Source of the DNA: Takakia lepidozioides | Lineage: Eukaryota; Plantae; Bryophyta | Assembly: GCA_030704615.1 (NCBI GenBank) | Contig: CM060731.1 | Coordinates: 45,446,001 to 45,510,000 of the forward strand | Reading direction: 5' to 3' | DNA length: 64,000 nucleotides | Part shown: positions 16,605-28,259 of the stretch, piece by piece | Layout: each line of letters starts with the position of its first letter | Numbering within the stretch: position 1 is the stretch's first letter | The notes under the pieces: model-generated | What the model saw: only the letters and a program-made list of their open reading frames with translations | Told to the model about the DNA's origin: nothing | The model's database searches: none | Translations under genes and position numbers: made by a program

Positions 16605-19600
16605 CTAGTGATGATGATGTTCATGCCCTGGAAGACCACCCTCTCCTATCACCTTCAACTGTCAAACAAGAACACCTCGAGAAATTAGTTTACGGACTCT
16701 TGCGTGAGGCAAAAGAACCAAACTCAATACTCAATCAGTTAAGGACTGTCATTCTCACTTTACACAAAGTTCCACTGTAACAGGATTTTCAGCTCAACTC
16801 CTGATTGACCTTAATATTAATTTGCCTGCTTTGAAGTTCTCCCTGCTACAGCTGCTACAGCATATGTCAGACCAACCCCACCCAACCACTCGTCCACAGA
16901 CAAGCTTGGCTTCTCCTGACCATGACTTGGCATCAAGTAGAGGACTCACAGCTTCCCATACTGCTACAGGTGGAGTGATGAAACTTCATCTGACCACTGG
17001 ACAGAAGGCCCAATAGGTACTTGCTAGTTGAGAGGAGAAGATAGAATATATTGGGTGTTGCACCAGTCATTGTTTTGATGCGCAGGAGGTGTGGGAAGGA
17101 GACAGTACTATTGCGGTATTGTGATACCACCGCTTGTCGGACCAAAGACAGGAGGGACAGATATAAAACTACTTCACTCTTCAAATAGATGTTTTGTGTG
17201 CCATCATGCAATGAAAGTGCAGTGTCATTAGGTCTACTACACAAACTGATGGTGGGAAGTATCTGATTTGTGGAAGACTGCCTAACAGGTACCTGAAAGA
17301 CTTGGCTGCAGACTGAGCATTCATACTGTTTGTCCTTCTCCAGCTTGAACCATGTCACATCATGCTCATCCTCTGCAAGTTCTCACAAAATGTGGGTTAT
17401 TGTTGGTCTGTGATGTCCCTAAACTTTTGCTAAGGGTTTTGTCCAATTGTTCAGACATTTACTGAAGTAGGTCCCAACCTTGATGCAATACTTTTAGGCC
17501 ACCTCACACAAGTGGGCACCGAAAGGCAGTGCCTGCCAAGCCAACAAAACAGCTGGTGTTTCCCCCACATTAGGTTCATGAGGTAGCTACTCCATAGCTC
17601 AAAACTTAACACTTACACTTCACAGGCTGAACAGTAATGGCAGTGGTGGGAGACAGCGCAAACTAAAAAAACCTGATACACAACCATCCAGGGCACAAAG
17701 AGCCCACTCTGTGTTGCCTCATTGGCAATGCCAAGACTTCATCTCTCCAGCTAGGGGTATGTCAAATAAAGGGATCTTGCGAAGTATTTATGTGAGTGAA
17801 AAATGCTTACCACCAACACCTCCTGAGCACCCAACTATCCGCTCATCATAGTGTGACTCCACAATTGCAGGGGCATCCTGTACATCTGTTCACCCAGTGA
17901 GAAGATTGCAAGAATTCATACTAACAAGTGATTCAAAAGCTCACAACGTAAAAGCTGCTTATCTAGAGACTCCAACTTTTCACAGCTTCCAGTCACTTAC
18001 AAGACATGATACGAGTATTGCATTGAGTGACAGATAGATTGCACAGGTGGAGGAGGGACATGTAAGCCAGTAATCATGCCAAGGAGACTGGGAAATCTAG
18101 CCATATCCAGGACTGACAACAAAGCAAGGGAGAGCCACCTCAACACAATGAGTTCAAAGCCACCTTCAGCTCTCAACTACATGCTGGCACATGTGATATT
18201 TGTCTCCTCTGACTGAGTGATAAAACTGACCTTGGTTCCAAAGGGACCACGAGGCGGATCCAGATCAAAGCGCTTCCCACCCTGCAAAATACGAACAAAG
18301 CATCAATAATGCAGCCAACCAAATAGATGTATGTTGGATGTCACCCATTATGACAACCCAGCTATAAAGGGGGGTAACTGGGTCAACCAGCCATGTGGTT
18401 GCAAAATTTCGAACCAGCAGGATGGAAGGGGTACCGAGCGCTCCGCTTCCAACTCCTCCAGCTCAACTCCTGTTGCAATTCCAAAATCGCCCGAGCTGCC
18501 TGCCCAGTCATAGACAGTCATACATCAATCACCATACTCATAATGCTCTCTCTAAAAAGTTACACTATTGAGATCCTAGTGGTAAAGATACCAAAATACT
18601 CTCAGGAGCGCATATGTCATAAAAATGCAAGATAAAAGGAACAGGGACCAACTCAAAGGCCAACCCAGCAATCTTCAGTATATGACAACTTCTCAAACCC
18701 CTGTGCCATTCCACTTCAGTTCCCCTTCTTGCCAATTTTTTTTGGTAAATTGCATACTTCAACCTAAAACTCTGTGCACTTACTATTCTCACCATAAGAT
18801 TCTAGACTCAGAATTATGGGTGTCCAAAGGAAATTCACAAAATTCTTGAAGTCTAGGGTTTCATAAACTCTATAAGGAGCTCTGTCAATCCTCGTGCCAG
18901 TGGGCTGATAAAGTATACCAAAGAAAACTTCTTCTCTTCTGCAGCCCCTTCCAGGACATGCACAAACAAATGAGCAAAATTTGGCATGCATACTTCACCC
19001 TCATATCAAGGCAACTTGAACAAACTACTATGAAAGACAACAGGTAGCCAAGGATACCGTGAACCACTCACTTATAAAAAGCTTATATTGATCTGGGCCA
19101 TGAAATCTATAGGGGACTCACAAAAGGGCTCTATTTGAAAGATGTCATTCACCTTGAGCAACTGAGCATAGAAAATCCTAAACTCTCGGAAAGAATGAGC
19201 GGTAAATAAATGGAGGTGGTATAGTTGAATGATGGGGATATTCCACATTGAACTGTCCTCTCAGAAATCTATCACAAATTACCAGACTGCCTAAAATCAT
19301 CGGCAGAGTTCAGCAATCACTTGGACAACTGCATCAGACGTCTATCTTCATCCAGAAGTTCTGACAGACCAAGAGAAACCGAACAATCCCACAGCCACCA
19401 ACACACATAGTGCAGGATTATGGAGACATTAATCACACAATCATTCAAGAGGATGCCGAAACTTATGACTAGTGTGCATTTGTGCCCTAAATCAAAAGAT
19501 CGTCAGTGTTACATGTGAAATAAAGAGCTATAACTACTGGTCTCGAGCTTGAATTGCAGAAGAGTCTGCGGTGTGCCAAATGCAAGTCAAATTAGGTCTT

Positions 19601-20115
19601 CATGTACTTCTTGATCCCCTTTCTCTGTTTAGAATCACGTAATACTCATCTAATCGATTGGAAAACAGCTCAATCTAAACTCGATTTCCAAACCATTTGG
19701 TCCACTAAAAAGACTAGGCATCCGCTCCAATTCAAAAATGCTTAAGCCTACCATCGTGCCACATATCCACAGTCAGTAGGTAGAAAAGAAAAATGCCCTA
19801 AACGGGAGGGAGACAAACGCAACGCTATCAACAGAATATCTATCCAGGTCCATTGACGATACGAGAAGGGCTGAAATGGCATGCCCGAAGGCAGATCAAT
19901 CTCAGTCAGAGAGGCAGATACTAAGGAAAATGCAAGCTACCTCCTGCACTTGCCAAATCACGACTACGATGCAACCACCGCGCATATGAGAGACCCCGAT
20001 GTTCTGATTGCTCCGCTTGCGGTTGCGGGTTACACAGCAATGTCGGTGGAGGCACACATGGTACACGCCTGGATGCAACCAACCGTGAGAGCCTGCATCC
20101 AGCCGTCCTCAACAT
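16605..20115 (-). CDS. COX5B: Cytochrome c oxidase subunit 5b, 6 exons (20115-19941, 18499-18435, 18281-18231, 17877-17811, 17372-17293, 16658-16605), 163 aa
   Basis: Phases are consistent, 492 nt in total. Arg-rich presequence, IATGVELEELEAE, GPFGTKDAPAIVESHYDERIVGC, EHDVTWFKLEK...ECSVCSQVFQL (Zn site). Confidence 0.95.
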
Positions 20116-20214
20116 AGCGCCCCACTCCCTCTGGGCCTTGCACTGCCTCTCCCCCGATCCCTGCACTGCCCTTCTCCCTCCCCGCGCGCACACACCAACG
20201 CCACACACGAGCCA

Positions 20215-20217
<3 letters not shown>

Positions 20218-20249
<32 letters not shown>

Positions 20250-20259
20250 AGAAGAGAGA
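20218..20259. repeat. (GA)n microsatellite upstream of the COX5B start codon
   Basis: GA run. Confidence 0.9.
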
Positions 20260-20409
20260 CCCTTGAGCATCTACAATTTCCACGTGTCTTGAGATATGGA
20301 CGTTGGATGGTACAGCTGGAGAATCCACTCCGTCAGCTGGAAAAGACGGAGACGATGCGTTAAGTATGGTGGACGTGACAATGATACAATTATAATATTT
20401 AAATAGAGT

Positions 20410-22069
20410 TTTTATTTTTTATTTTTTATTTTTTTCTCTTTTTTGCTTTTTTTAATTTTCTAACAACTTAATTAAAATATTATTTTTAGTTTTTATAAAT
20501 TTTAATGTTTTACGGAACGGGGGCAAAGGCCCTGGACAATATATAAGGAAAAAATATTAGGAGAAGTGGCCACCGAGGGGCCTTGTTGAATGCTCACAAT
20601 GGGGATACACCACCCCCTGACCAAATATCCAATAAACCGAAGAGCATGTTTTTGCAGAATGAGGAGAGCTACAGAGTAAGCAGAGGAGTAAGAGAAGCAA
20701 GAGATGGGGTGGGTGAAAACTATCTACTACTAGCCTATTCTGTCTTCATAATGTAGGAGTTCTAAAATTTAAGCTGTGCTGTAAACTTAGAATCTTGCCA
20801 ATTGAAGTTTGCATCCTCCTTCAGCCAGGGATTTCCCATAGAGGGGGGATGGAGTCTTTCCAGTGCACTCAGGAGTCGGAAATACGAGAGCCGAGGGGGC
20901 CATTCTTGCCCCAGTAGGTGAGATCAAACTCCTGGAGAAGCTGCAACCTGCGCCGATCTGAAGCTCGGGGAAGAGCTGCACACAATGAGATCTAGGCTTT
21001 CATCCGGATCCCCTCAGTCATGATATCAATGTAAATTTGAAACACCGATAGATCTGAGACTGGGGGTTTTACCCTGGAATATCCAAGCACATCTTGATTT
21101 CCAAGTAGCCCAAAAGGTATGAGCTCTTAGACATCCCCACACAAGGCACCTGATCATAGGTCTGCCTTGTCTAAAGTTAAGCAACAAGAGAAATGGGGGT
21201 TTGGGAACTGGGAGAGTTTCCCAATTGGAGTAGAAATTAGTGACCAAGGACCAGACTGTTTTGGCCCTGGGGCCTGTCACCAGACAGTGTTCCAAATATT
21301 CATGGCTTCTTAAACACATTGCACAGTCCAAATTATCAGCTTTCATGAAAACATTCACTTGGAGGATCTTATGAACAATCTTCCACAGGAAGGCAGATAG
21401 CTTAGAAGCCGCCCAGATCTCTTTCTAGATTTGAGACCAATTAGCTTCACTTTTCAAAAGTCAGCCCCATTTGTTCACCCATTTACTGGAGAAGGAATGG
21501 GGTGGTGAGATAAGAGAGTAACCAAGTTTAATAGAGTATGCAAAGAGTGGGGAGCGAGCCCTATCCATCCAGGACCATTCCCCTTGATCGAACTGCAACC
21601 CTGCAAGTGGCAATCTCTGCAGAAACCAGTTGAAGTGCGAGTGTTGGGCCCAATGACTGGCTTGCCCTAGTGGTGGCATAGGATTAGGCTTTCCCGACAC
21701 ACAGTCAATGACTCTTATGGAGAACAGACCCGCTTTGGCTAAGGTTCTTTCACCAAGGGGAGCCAACCCTCCAGCACTGAGAACCAGCTTGAAACCAAGG
21801 CCTGTGGCACTATCACCATTATTTGACCAGGACAAGGCCAGGAGAGCCAAATTGGGATCTTCAGTCCTATCGCCAAACCAGACTGTCAGGTCCATACCCT
21901 GTGTTCATCCTGCAATAATGCCCGAATATAAGGAGGGATCTGAGAAACAATGCATGGCCAGGAAATTGAGGAACGGTGAGTGCCTAGAACTGAAGCAATC
22001 AAGGGTGTGGGGACGAAATCTCCGGTCTCTTCCCAGATGTTGGCCAGATGAACAAATTCCTTCTCTTCC
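20410..22069 (-). mobile_element. LINE (non-LTR) 3' fragment with zf-RVT-like region, cut at its 5' side by a MULE-like insertion
   Basis: CAMCLRSHEYLEHCLVTGPRAKTVWSLV...WATWKSRCAWIF; T-rich tract at ~20410-20510 consistent with an A-rich tail. Confidence 0.8.
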
Positions 22070-23211
22070 CAATGACGCAACGGTGTGAGCGTACGCTCAC
22101 TAACGTGGCATGAGCCTACGCTCACACCAGCTGATGTGGCGTGAGCATACGGTCACGCCGACGTGGTGTGAGCCTGCCAACATGGTGTGGGAATGCTGAC
22201 GTGGTGCTAGGACAGCCATCGTCACGTCACCAGAAAGATATGGCGCCTATAACCGAGGGGCCTATAACCATGGGATTCGTTCATCAAAATATGAAACCAA
22301 AAAACCACAAATGACAAACCACAAATGAAATGACAAACCATCGCATCCATTCACATCCATTCGATGTCTTCAAGCAAGAATCCACCTTCTTAAAGCAGGA
22401 ATCCACCGCGTCGCGTCTCCTTGGAAGGGATTGAATACATAGCAGAAATGGTGTGCTTCGAAGCACACCGTTTCTGCCCCATCCAAAAGGCTCTTTTTGA
22501 GGTCTCTTTAGACAACAACAAAAAGCATGGAGGGTAATTGAAAGGGATTGCATACATAGCAGAAATGGTGTGCTTCGAAGCACACCATTTCTGCCCCATC
22601 CAAAAGGCTCTTTTTGAGGTCTCTTCGACAACAACAGAAAACATGGAGGGTAGTACTTGAAAGGGATTGAACACATAGCAGAAATGGTGTGCTTCGAAGC
22701 ACACCGTTTCTACCCCATCCAAAAGGCTCTTTTTTAGGTCTCTTCAAACAACAATGGAAAGCATGGAGGGTACTTGAAATGGATTGAATACATAGCAAAA
22801 ATGGTGTGCTTCGAAGCATCTGGAAATAGGGTCAGGCAGGATAATGTGCGGCGCCACACACTGTTTTTCCAACCAACCAGACGGGTCAGTACCCGGACTG
22901 CAGAGATGGTGTACGGCACCGCACACCATCTCTGTAGTCCGGGTACTGACCCATCTGTCAAAACATTGCAGGGAAAGATGCAGAGAGTGGTTGTCGAGAA
23001 CCCACCTGTAGAGACAGAGGACATGGAGGAAGATGTGGAGGATGCATACTACGAAAGCAAGGCCGCGCAGGTGATGGGGAACCAGAAAGTGAACTCGCAA
23101 CTTGTAATCAACCACATGGTTGTAGCAGATGGGAGGTTGAGGATTCCGCTTTGTAGAATGGTCTCTATGCCGATTGATCGACCACCGCTCAGTAGCATTC
23201 TTGCGGGGTAG
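22070..23211 (+). mobile_element. Deleted relative of the 31205-42666 MULE: left terminus, palindromic tandem array and ParB-gene fragment
   Basis: Starts CAATGACGCAACGGTGTGAGCGTACGCTCAC, versus CAACGACACAATGGCGTGAGC at 31205; shares cctataacc motifs. Encodes QKVNSQLVINHMVVADGRLRIPLCRMVSMPIDRPPLS, homologous to QKVNSQEVIRDMLVSGGRLDIPLCRMISMSVVRPPLS at ~37224-37332. Confidence 0.85.
22425..22818. repeat. ~118-bp tandem repeat (3.4 copies), each full unit with a 36-bp palindrome
   Basis: Units start at 22425, 22542, 22661, 22778. GCAGAAATGGTGTGCTTC|GAAGCACACCATTTCTGC is perfect in unit 2. Confidence 0.95.
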
Positions 23212-25344
23212 CTTAAGCTCCATGCCCAAGCATGCAATCACGCTCCATCTCCCCAAACTTGACCCCCCCACCCCCCCCCCCCCCCCCCCCCCCCAAGACT
23301 GTTACGATCATTGGTAGGTTGTCGGGTGAGGAGATTCAGTGGCCCACCACAACCTGCACAATGCTTGATTTTATTTTCGACCACGTGATGTAGGCGTTCA
23401 TTCAATGTCGGACCTACCGACAACTGGCATGCCTTGAGGTCATGCCAGTTGTGTCATTTCACAAGTGTTCACACCCTCTTCTAGTAAAATAACATATGGC
23501 AACAATCTAAGCATAGAAATCATATTAGTCTTCTAAACTGCAGTTGCAAAAGATAATGTCTTCCCTACCTGTACCTTCTATCAAACCATGTACCCCATAC
23601 CTTCCACAAACATGAGGAGTCTTCCCTACCCTGTACCTCATTCGACACCTGGTTCCACTGCAAAGGCTCCTCATACCACTGCAAGACTCTTCCTGCTACT
23701 GTTGTTCACATCCCAAACGGTGTCCTTTGGCTTGTCAATAATCTCTGCCGCCCGCGTGGTGAGAAGAGGCTTCTGCCCCAAGAAAAAGCTTGTGTGCAGA
23801 CTGAGGAATCGTGATTTTTTGATTGATTGGAGTAGAAACCAATGGCCTCATACTGAGATCTTCTTGCCTCATCAAGCCTCTAAGCTTATGTGCGTGGGCT
23901 GTTGACAAGGTTGCGGAACAAGGCCAGCATCTGTGCACATACGGACTCCCTTTCGCTTCACATCCCTTGTGAGGAATGTGAAGTGAAAAGAAGTCCATAT
24001 GTACGCAGAGGCCACTACTACGTTTGGGGGGGTTTAGCGATGCCTCAGTGACCTCCAAACGCCGCGCCTAGCGACGGAAATACGCTACAGCGCTCGGGGC
24101 GCACCGGGGACAAATTGCGACGTCGGGAAGTCGCCCCACGTCGGTCCGACGTCGCTCCCGGAACGTTGCAGATTAGCGACCTAGGGGAATCGCTAATCCC
24201 CCGGGTCCACTTGGCCACGACCAGCGACGGCGTCCCTCCCCCTGCGTCATGGGGCAGTCGCAAGGACGTCGCCCATCCCTAGAAATAGCCACGCGCCAGC
24301 GTTGCCAGCACGTCGCAGCCTGGGACATTAAAGCCCCCGCTCTGCGATGCCTGGACATCGCAGATGGGGTCTATTCTGCCTAGGGGACTGGCGACGCCCA
24401 GGAATCGCCACAACGTCGCCGCCATCTGGGGGCGTCACTAGACCCCCATGGGTAGGGAGGTTCTCTAGCGACGCCCGGGAATCGCATGGACGTCGCAGCC
24501 CCCGGGGCCGTCGCTAGCTCCATGGGAGGGCACGTTCTTATGCAACTCCCTGGAGTCACAACAACGTCGTAGCCCCTAGGTGGCGTCGCTAGCTCCACGT
24601 TGGCGTGGTTCTGTTGCGACTGCTGGGAATCGCAAGAGCATCGTTGGTCGCCCCGGCGTCGCGCCGGCGTCGCTGGGTGGGAGGGTAGCCAGCTGGTATT
24701 TGGGGTGGGGTTTGCGGTTTTTTTTTTTCGTTTGGGGGGGGGGGGGTGTTGGGGCTTACTTGGGGGTTGGGGTGTGCCTCGTGCTTGCATGAATTGCATG
24801 CATTCTAATCCATAGGTCAACACACCAAATCCACATGTCCATTAAGGTTAGAATGAGGATCGAAATGGCAACTGAAAAAATATATACATAAAGCGAGTAC
24901 TACCTATACATGTCTCTAACTGGGAACCATCCCTCACTCCTCATCACCTGAGTCATAGGTGTACTCGTCCGAGGAATGCAAGCTACGTTGGGCCTCCAAT
25001 TTGGAGTATGATGAGGCCGAGTCCGAGGTTACATCATCCTTCGAACCACCCCCTACTACTGGCTCTCCCCCATCCGGCCAAGCCACTGAACTACCCATCC
25101 CCACCCCTACAAATGCACTATCCTCCGTCAATTGTGACGTCTTGGCCATTGAGGCTACAAGGGCCTTCCACCCCTGAGTCTTGCAAAAGTTGTGCTTGAT
25201 GGCGGAGGGAGGCCTCTGAAACTAGTTTAGTGGAGGAAGAAGCAGGCCCCATACCCGAGTCATCTGTTTAGAGAGGGTCCTATTGTCGTGGAAGTAGTTA
25301 TAGCGCTTAAAAAAAAAAGTATAGAAAGAATGGAATGGTCATTG

Positions 25345-25809
25345 TGAAACTTATTGAGGTTTTCTTATTGAACAGGCCCCAAAATATGACCCCTCATTGT
25401 GAAACAGGCAATGGTTTTTGTTAATGTAGATGAGGTGAAAATTAAACAGATGGTCATCTTCAAGCTTATTTAGGCTTTGTTTGTGAAGAAGATGTGTAAC
25501 AAAATGAGCGGTTTATTGTGGAACTTGTTCAGGTTTGTGTTATTGAAGATGAGGTGAAAAAAAAACACGTGGTCATTGTGATTGCTTATTTAGGGTGTCT
25601 TTGTGAAGAAGAGGTAAAACAAAACATTGAGCTATCCTTGTGAAACTTGTTTAGGATTCTGTTATTGAAGAAGAGGTGAAAAAAAAATCAGATGGTCATC
25701 ATGAATGCTTATATAGGGTTTGTTTGTGAAGAAGAGATGAAAAAGAAAGTTAAGCTCTATCATTGTCAAACTTGTTCAGGTTTCTGTTATTGAAGAAGAG
25801 GTGAAAAAA
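25345..25809 (+). repeat. ~125-bp (2 x ~62 bp) tandem array, forward orientation
   Basis: Recurring gaagaagaggtgaaaaaa, aaacttgttcagg and atggtcat..gcttatttaggg. Confidence 0.85.
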
Positions 25810-26171
25810 GACACAATGCGACGGTGGAATCGGCCAGACTACTTTAGGCTCAGGTAACAGGAACTATGGAAGTACCTTCACCTGGGTATGGACGGGTTCA
25901 TACTTTGGTCACATCTAGGTCTGTTTTGCACGACAGGGCCTATCAGGTGATGGTGGGAAATTTTCCGGGGTGTACCTATCCCGACTTCGTGTACATGCGT
26001 GAGGAAGCTCTAGGAAAGAAAGGGAAATGGGTTCCCTGCAAGCATCTTTACTACATCTTTTTGCGCAGGATGTATTGTGATCCCAAAAGAGACCAAATCA
26101 TTCACCAGGCGACAGTAGGTCCTGGTGAGGTACGGACACTTTTGCAGCGAGACATTGGCAATATCGAGTAG
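25809..26171 (+). pseudogene. SWIM-finger C-terminal fragment of a related MULE transposase
   Basis: VESARLL*AQV..EVPSPGYGRV..NFPGCTYPDF..WVPCKHLYYIFLRRMYCDPKRD aligns with 31824-32170. Confidence 0.9.
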
Positions 26172-26494
26172 TGTTGCATATGATGCGATTTTTCGCAATG
26201 TCGGAAAGGGCTGTTTTGTTTGTAGAACATGTATACACAGTTCTTAAATCTGGACAAGCAGGCGATGTCTCGTTATGAAAGGTAGTTTATTTTTTCATCG
26301 GGTTTGGTTAACGAGCCTCTAAAATTGAGTGCGTCAACGCACACCACTTCTGCCCCCACCCCCAATATTGCCCCGGGCCAAAAATAAAATAAATAAATAA
26401 ATCTTTCTTTTGTTTGAGGGCCTGCCAAACATGGACAAGTGTCAGTATGAAAGCTCATTTTATTTTTTCACGGCCTCTACAGAAGCATTGCATA

Positions 26495-27087
26495 AATGAG
26501 CTTCATGATGACCATCTGTTTTTTTTTCCACTTCTTCTTGAATAACAGGCACCTAAACAAGTTTCACAATGACAGCTCATTTGTTTTCCACGTCCTCTAT
26601 ACAAACAAACCCTAAATAAGCATTCATGATAACCATATGATTTTTTTTTCACCTCTTCTTCAATAACAGAAACATGAAGAAGTTTGACAATGATAGAGCT
26701 CAAGTTTTTTTTTCACCTCTTTTTCAACAAGAGAAACCTGAACAAGATTGACAATGATAGAGCTCAATTTTTTTCACCTCTTCTTCATAAACAAACCCTA
26801 AATAAGCATTCATGATGACCATATGGTTTTTTTTCACCTCTTCTTCAATAACAGAAACCTGAAGAAGTTTGACAATGGTAGAGCTCAAGTTTTTTTTTCA
26901 CCTCTTCTTCACAAACAATCCCTAATTTATTCCCTAAATAAGCATTCATGATGACCATCTGGTTTTTTTTTCACCTCTTCTTCAATAACAGAAACCTGAA
27001 GAAGTTTGACAATGATAGAGCTCAACTTTTTTTTTCACCACTTCTTCACAAACAAACCCTAATTAAACATTCATAATGACCATCTGT
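26495..27087 (-). repeat. Same ~125-bp tandem array, inverted orientation
   Basis: ttttttcacctcttcttcaataacagaaacctgaa..gtttgacaatgatagagctc units are the reverse complement of the 25345-25809 units. Confidence 0.9.
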
Positions 27088-27255
27088 CAGGCCCCGAAGC
27101 CACCCGATGCACTGTTTTGCCCTTCCATCTCGTGGGATGCGAAGTATCGTCTGGAGGAAGCACCATAGCAGCAACGCCACCAAGAGTCGACGCCACAGAT
27201 CGGTGCAGACGAATGTTGGCGTCCTCCAACTTGTCAATCTCCAGTTCGTCAATGA
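27085..27255 (-). pseudogene. MULE transposase fragment normally lying just upstream of the SWIM region
   Basis: LEIDKLEDANIRL...PTRWKGKTVHRVASGPD resembles QEIEMLEEAGFSL...PTKRDGKLVRRFPPTAE. Confidence 0.65.
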
Positions 27256-27361
27256 TCATCCTGAAATCATGATCATGAAAAAATTGAGTGTGTTGACGCA
27301 CTCAGTTCTCGGGGGGGGCAAAACCCGCTGGGTACCCGGGGTGAAAATCCGGACCCGCACC

Positions 27362-27503
27362 CAGTGTTTTTTTTCTGGAATTTGAAAAAAAACGCGAGTG
27401 GCTACAGAGTTTGGCAAAAAATAGCCATACATTCTGTTCATCCATTGAAATTAGGACAGAATCATCCATTTTCGTACATAAATCCATTTATATCATCCAT
27501 ATC
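27362..27503 (-). mobile_element. Truncated copy of the hAT-type MITE at 27780-28065, inverted
   Basis: Begins CAGTGTTTTTTT; its reverse complement aligns with 27927-28065. Confidence 0.75.
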
Positions 27504-27509
27504 TGACAA

Positions 27510-28259
27510 GTGCAGACCCATTCCGGATGGAACTGGTTCAGAGTCTACCTTTTCTGGATGGAGGATGTAGTTTTGGGGGGAGGAGAGGATTCTGTGGATT
27601 TGTTCCCCTATTTTGTGCCGAGGTACACCCACCGGGAGTGGCAATTATTGCAGATACACGGCCTTAGGTCCTTGATCCATCCTTACATCCTTGTTGTGAA
27701 CGACAATGATGTAAGGGCGAGAAATTTGGGCCGCAAAGCCCATATTTATTGTGACGGAAACCCCGATGTGTACGGCAACCAGTGGTTTTATTTCTGGCGA
27801 AATTTCGCACTTTTTCGACCTCAAAAATCAAAATCGAATATTCTGTCGTAAATTCCCTATTTTCTCATGGATGAAATCGCCAAAATTCTCAAAACAAAAT
27901 ATAAATCTTGGATGAAATCGCCTAATATGGATGATATACATGGATGACAGTACAGAGGAGGATGATTCTGTCCAAATTTCAGTGGATGAGTAAAAAATAT
28001 GGATATTTCCTGCAAAACTCAGTAGCCACTCCTGTTCTTTTCCAAATTTGAAAAAAAAAACACTGACGGCAACGTGGCTGGGCTCATCAACAGTTCAGTT
28101 ACCTTACCGCCGGGCCACACCGCCAACGTGTTTTGGGATGAGCGCCATGACGGGGATAGTAGATTGGACCCTAACATCACCACTTTTGTGATGACATGTG
28201 CAAGGAGGACCATTAGGGCTGGAGAGGAGTTGTTTGCAGAGTATGACTTTAGGCGTTAG
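27510..28259 (+). pseudogene. SET-domain protein ORF, split by a MITE
   Basis: Removing 27780-28073 restores YCDGNPDVYGN|VAGLINSS...ANVFW...VMTCARRTIRAGEELFAEYD*, the SET C-terminal N-x-S and GEELxxxY motifs. Confidence 0.8.
27780..28065. mobile_element. 286-bp hAT-type MITE
   Basis: TIR CAGTG.TTTT...AAAAACACTG; 8-bp TSD ACGGCAAC at 27772-27779 and 28066-28073. Confidence 0.92.

Noticed and set aside
22425-22818. CRISPR-like hairpin repeats and the repetitive ORFs across them
   Set aside because: Whole units repeat, with no unique spacers; the ORFs are by-products of the tandem repeat
25228-25232. TAGTG as the right end of a short CACTA element
   Set aside because: No extended match to CACTACTACG and no GGC TSD
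24934-25260. Acidic Ser-rich minus-strand ORF inside the CACTA element
   Set aside because: Short, low complexity and with no recognisable domain
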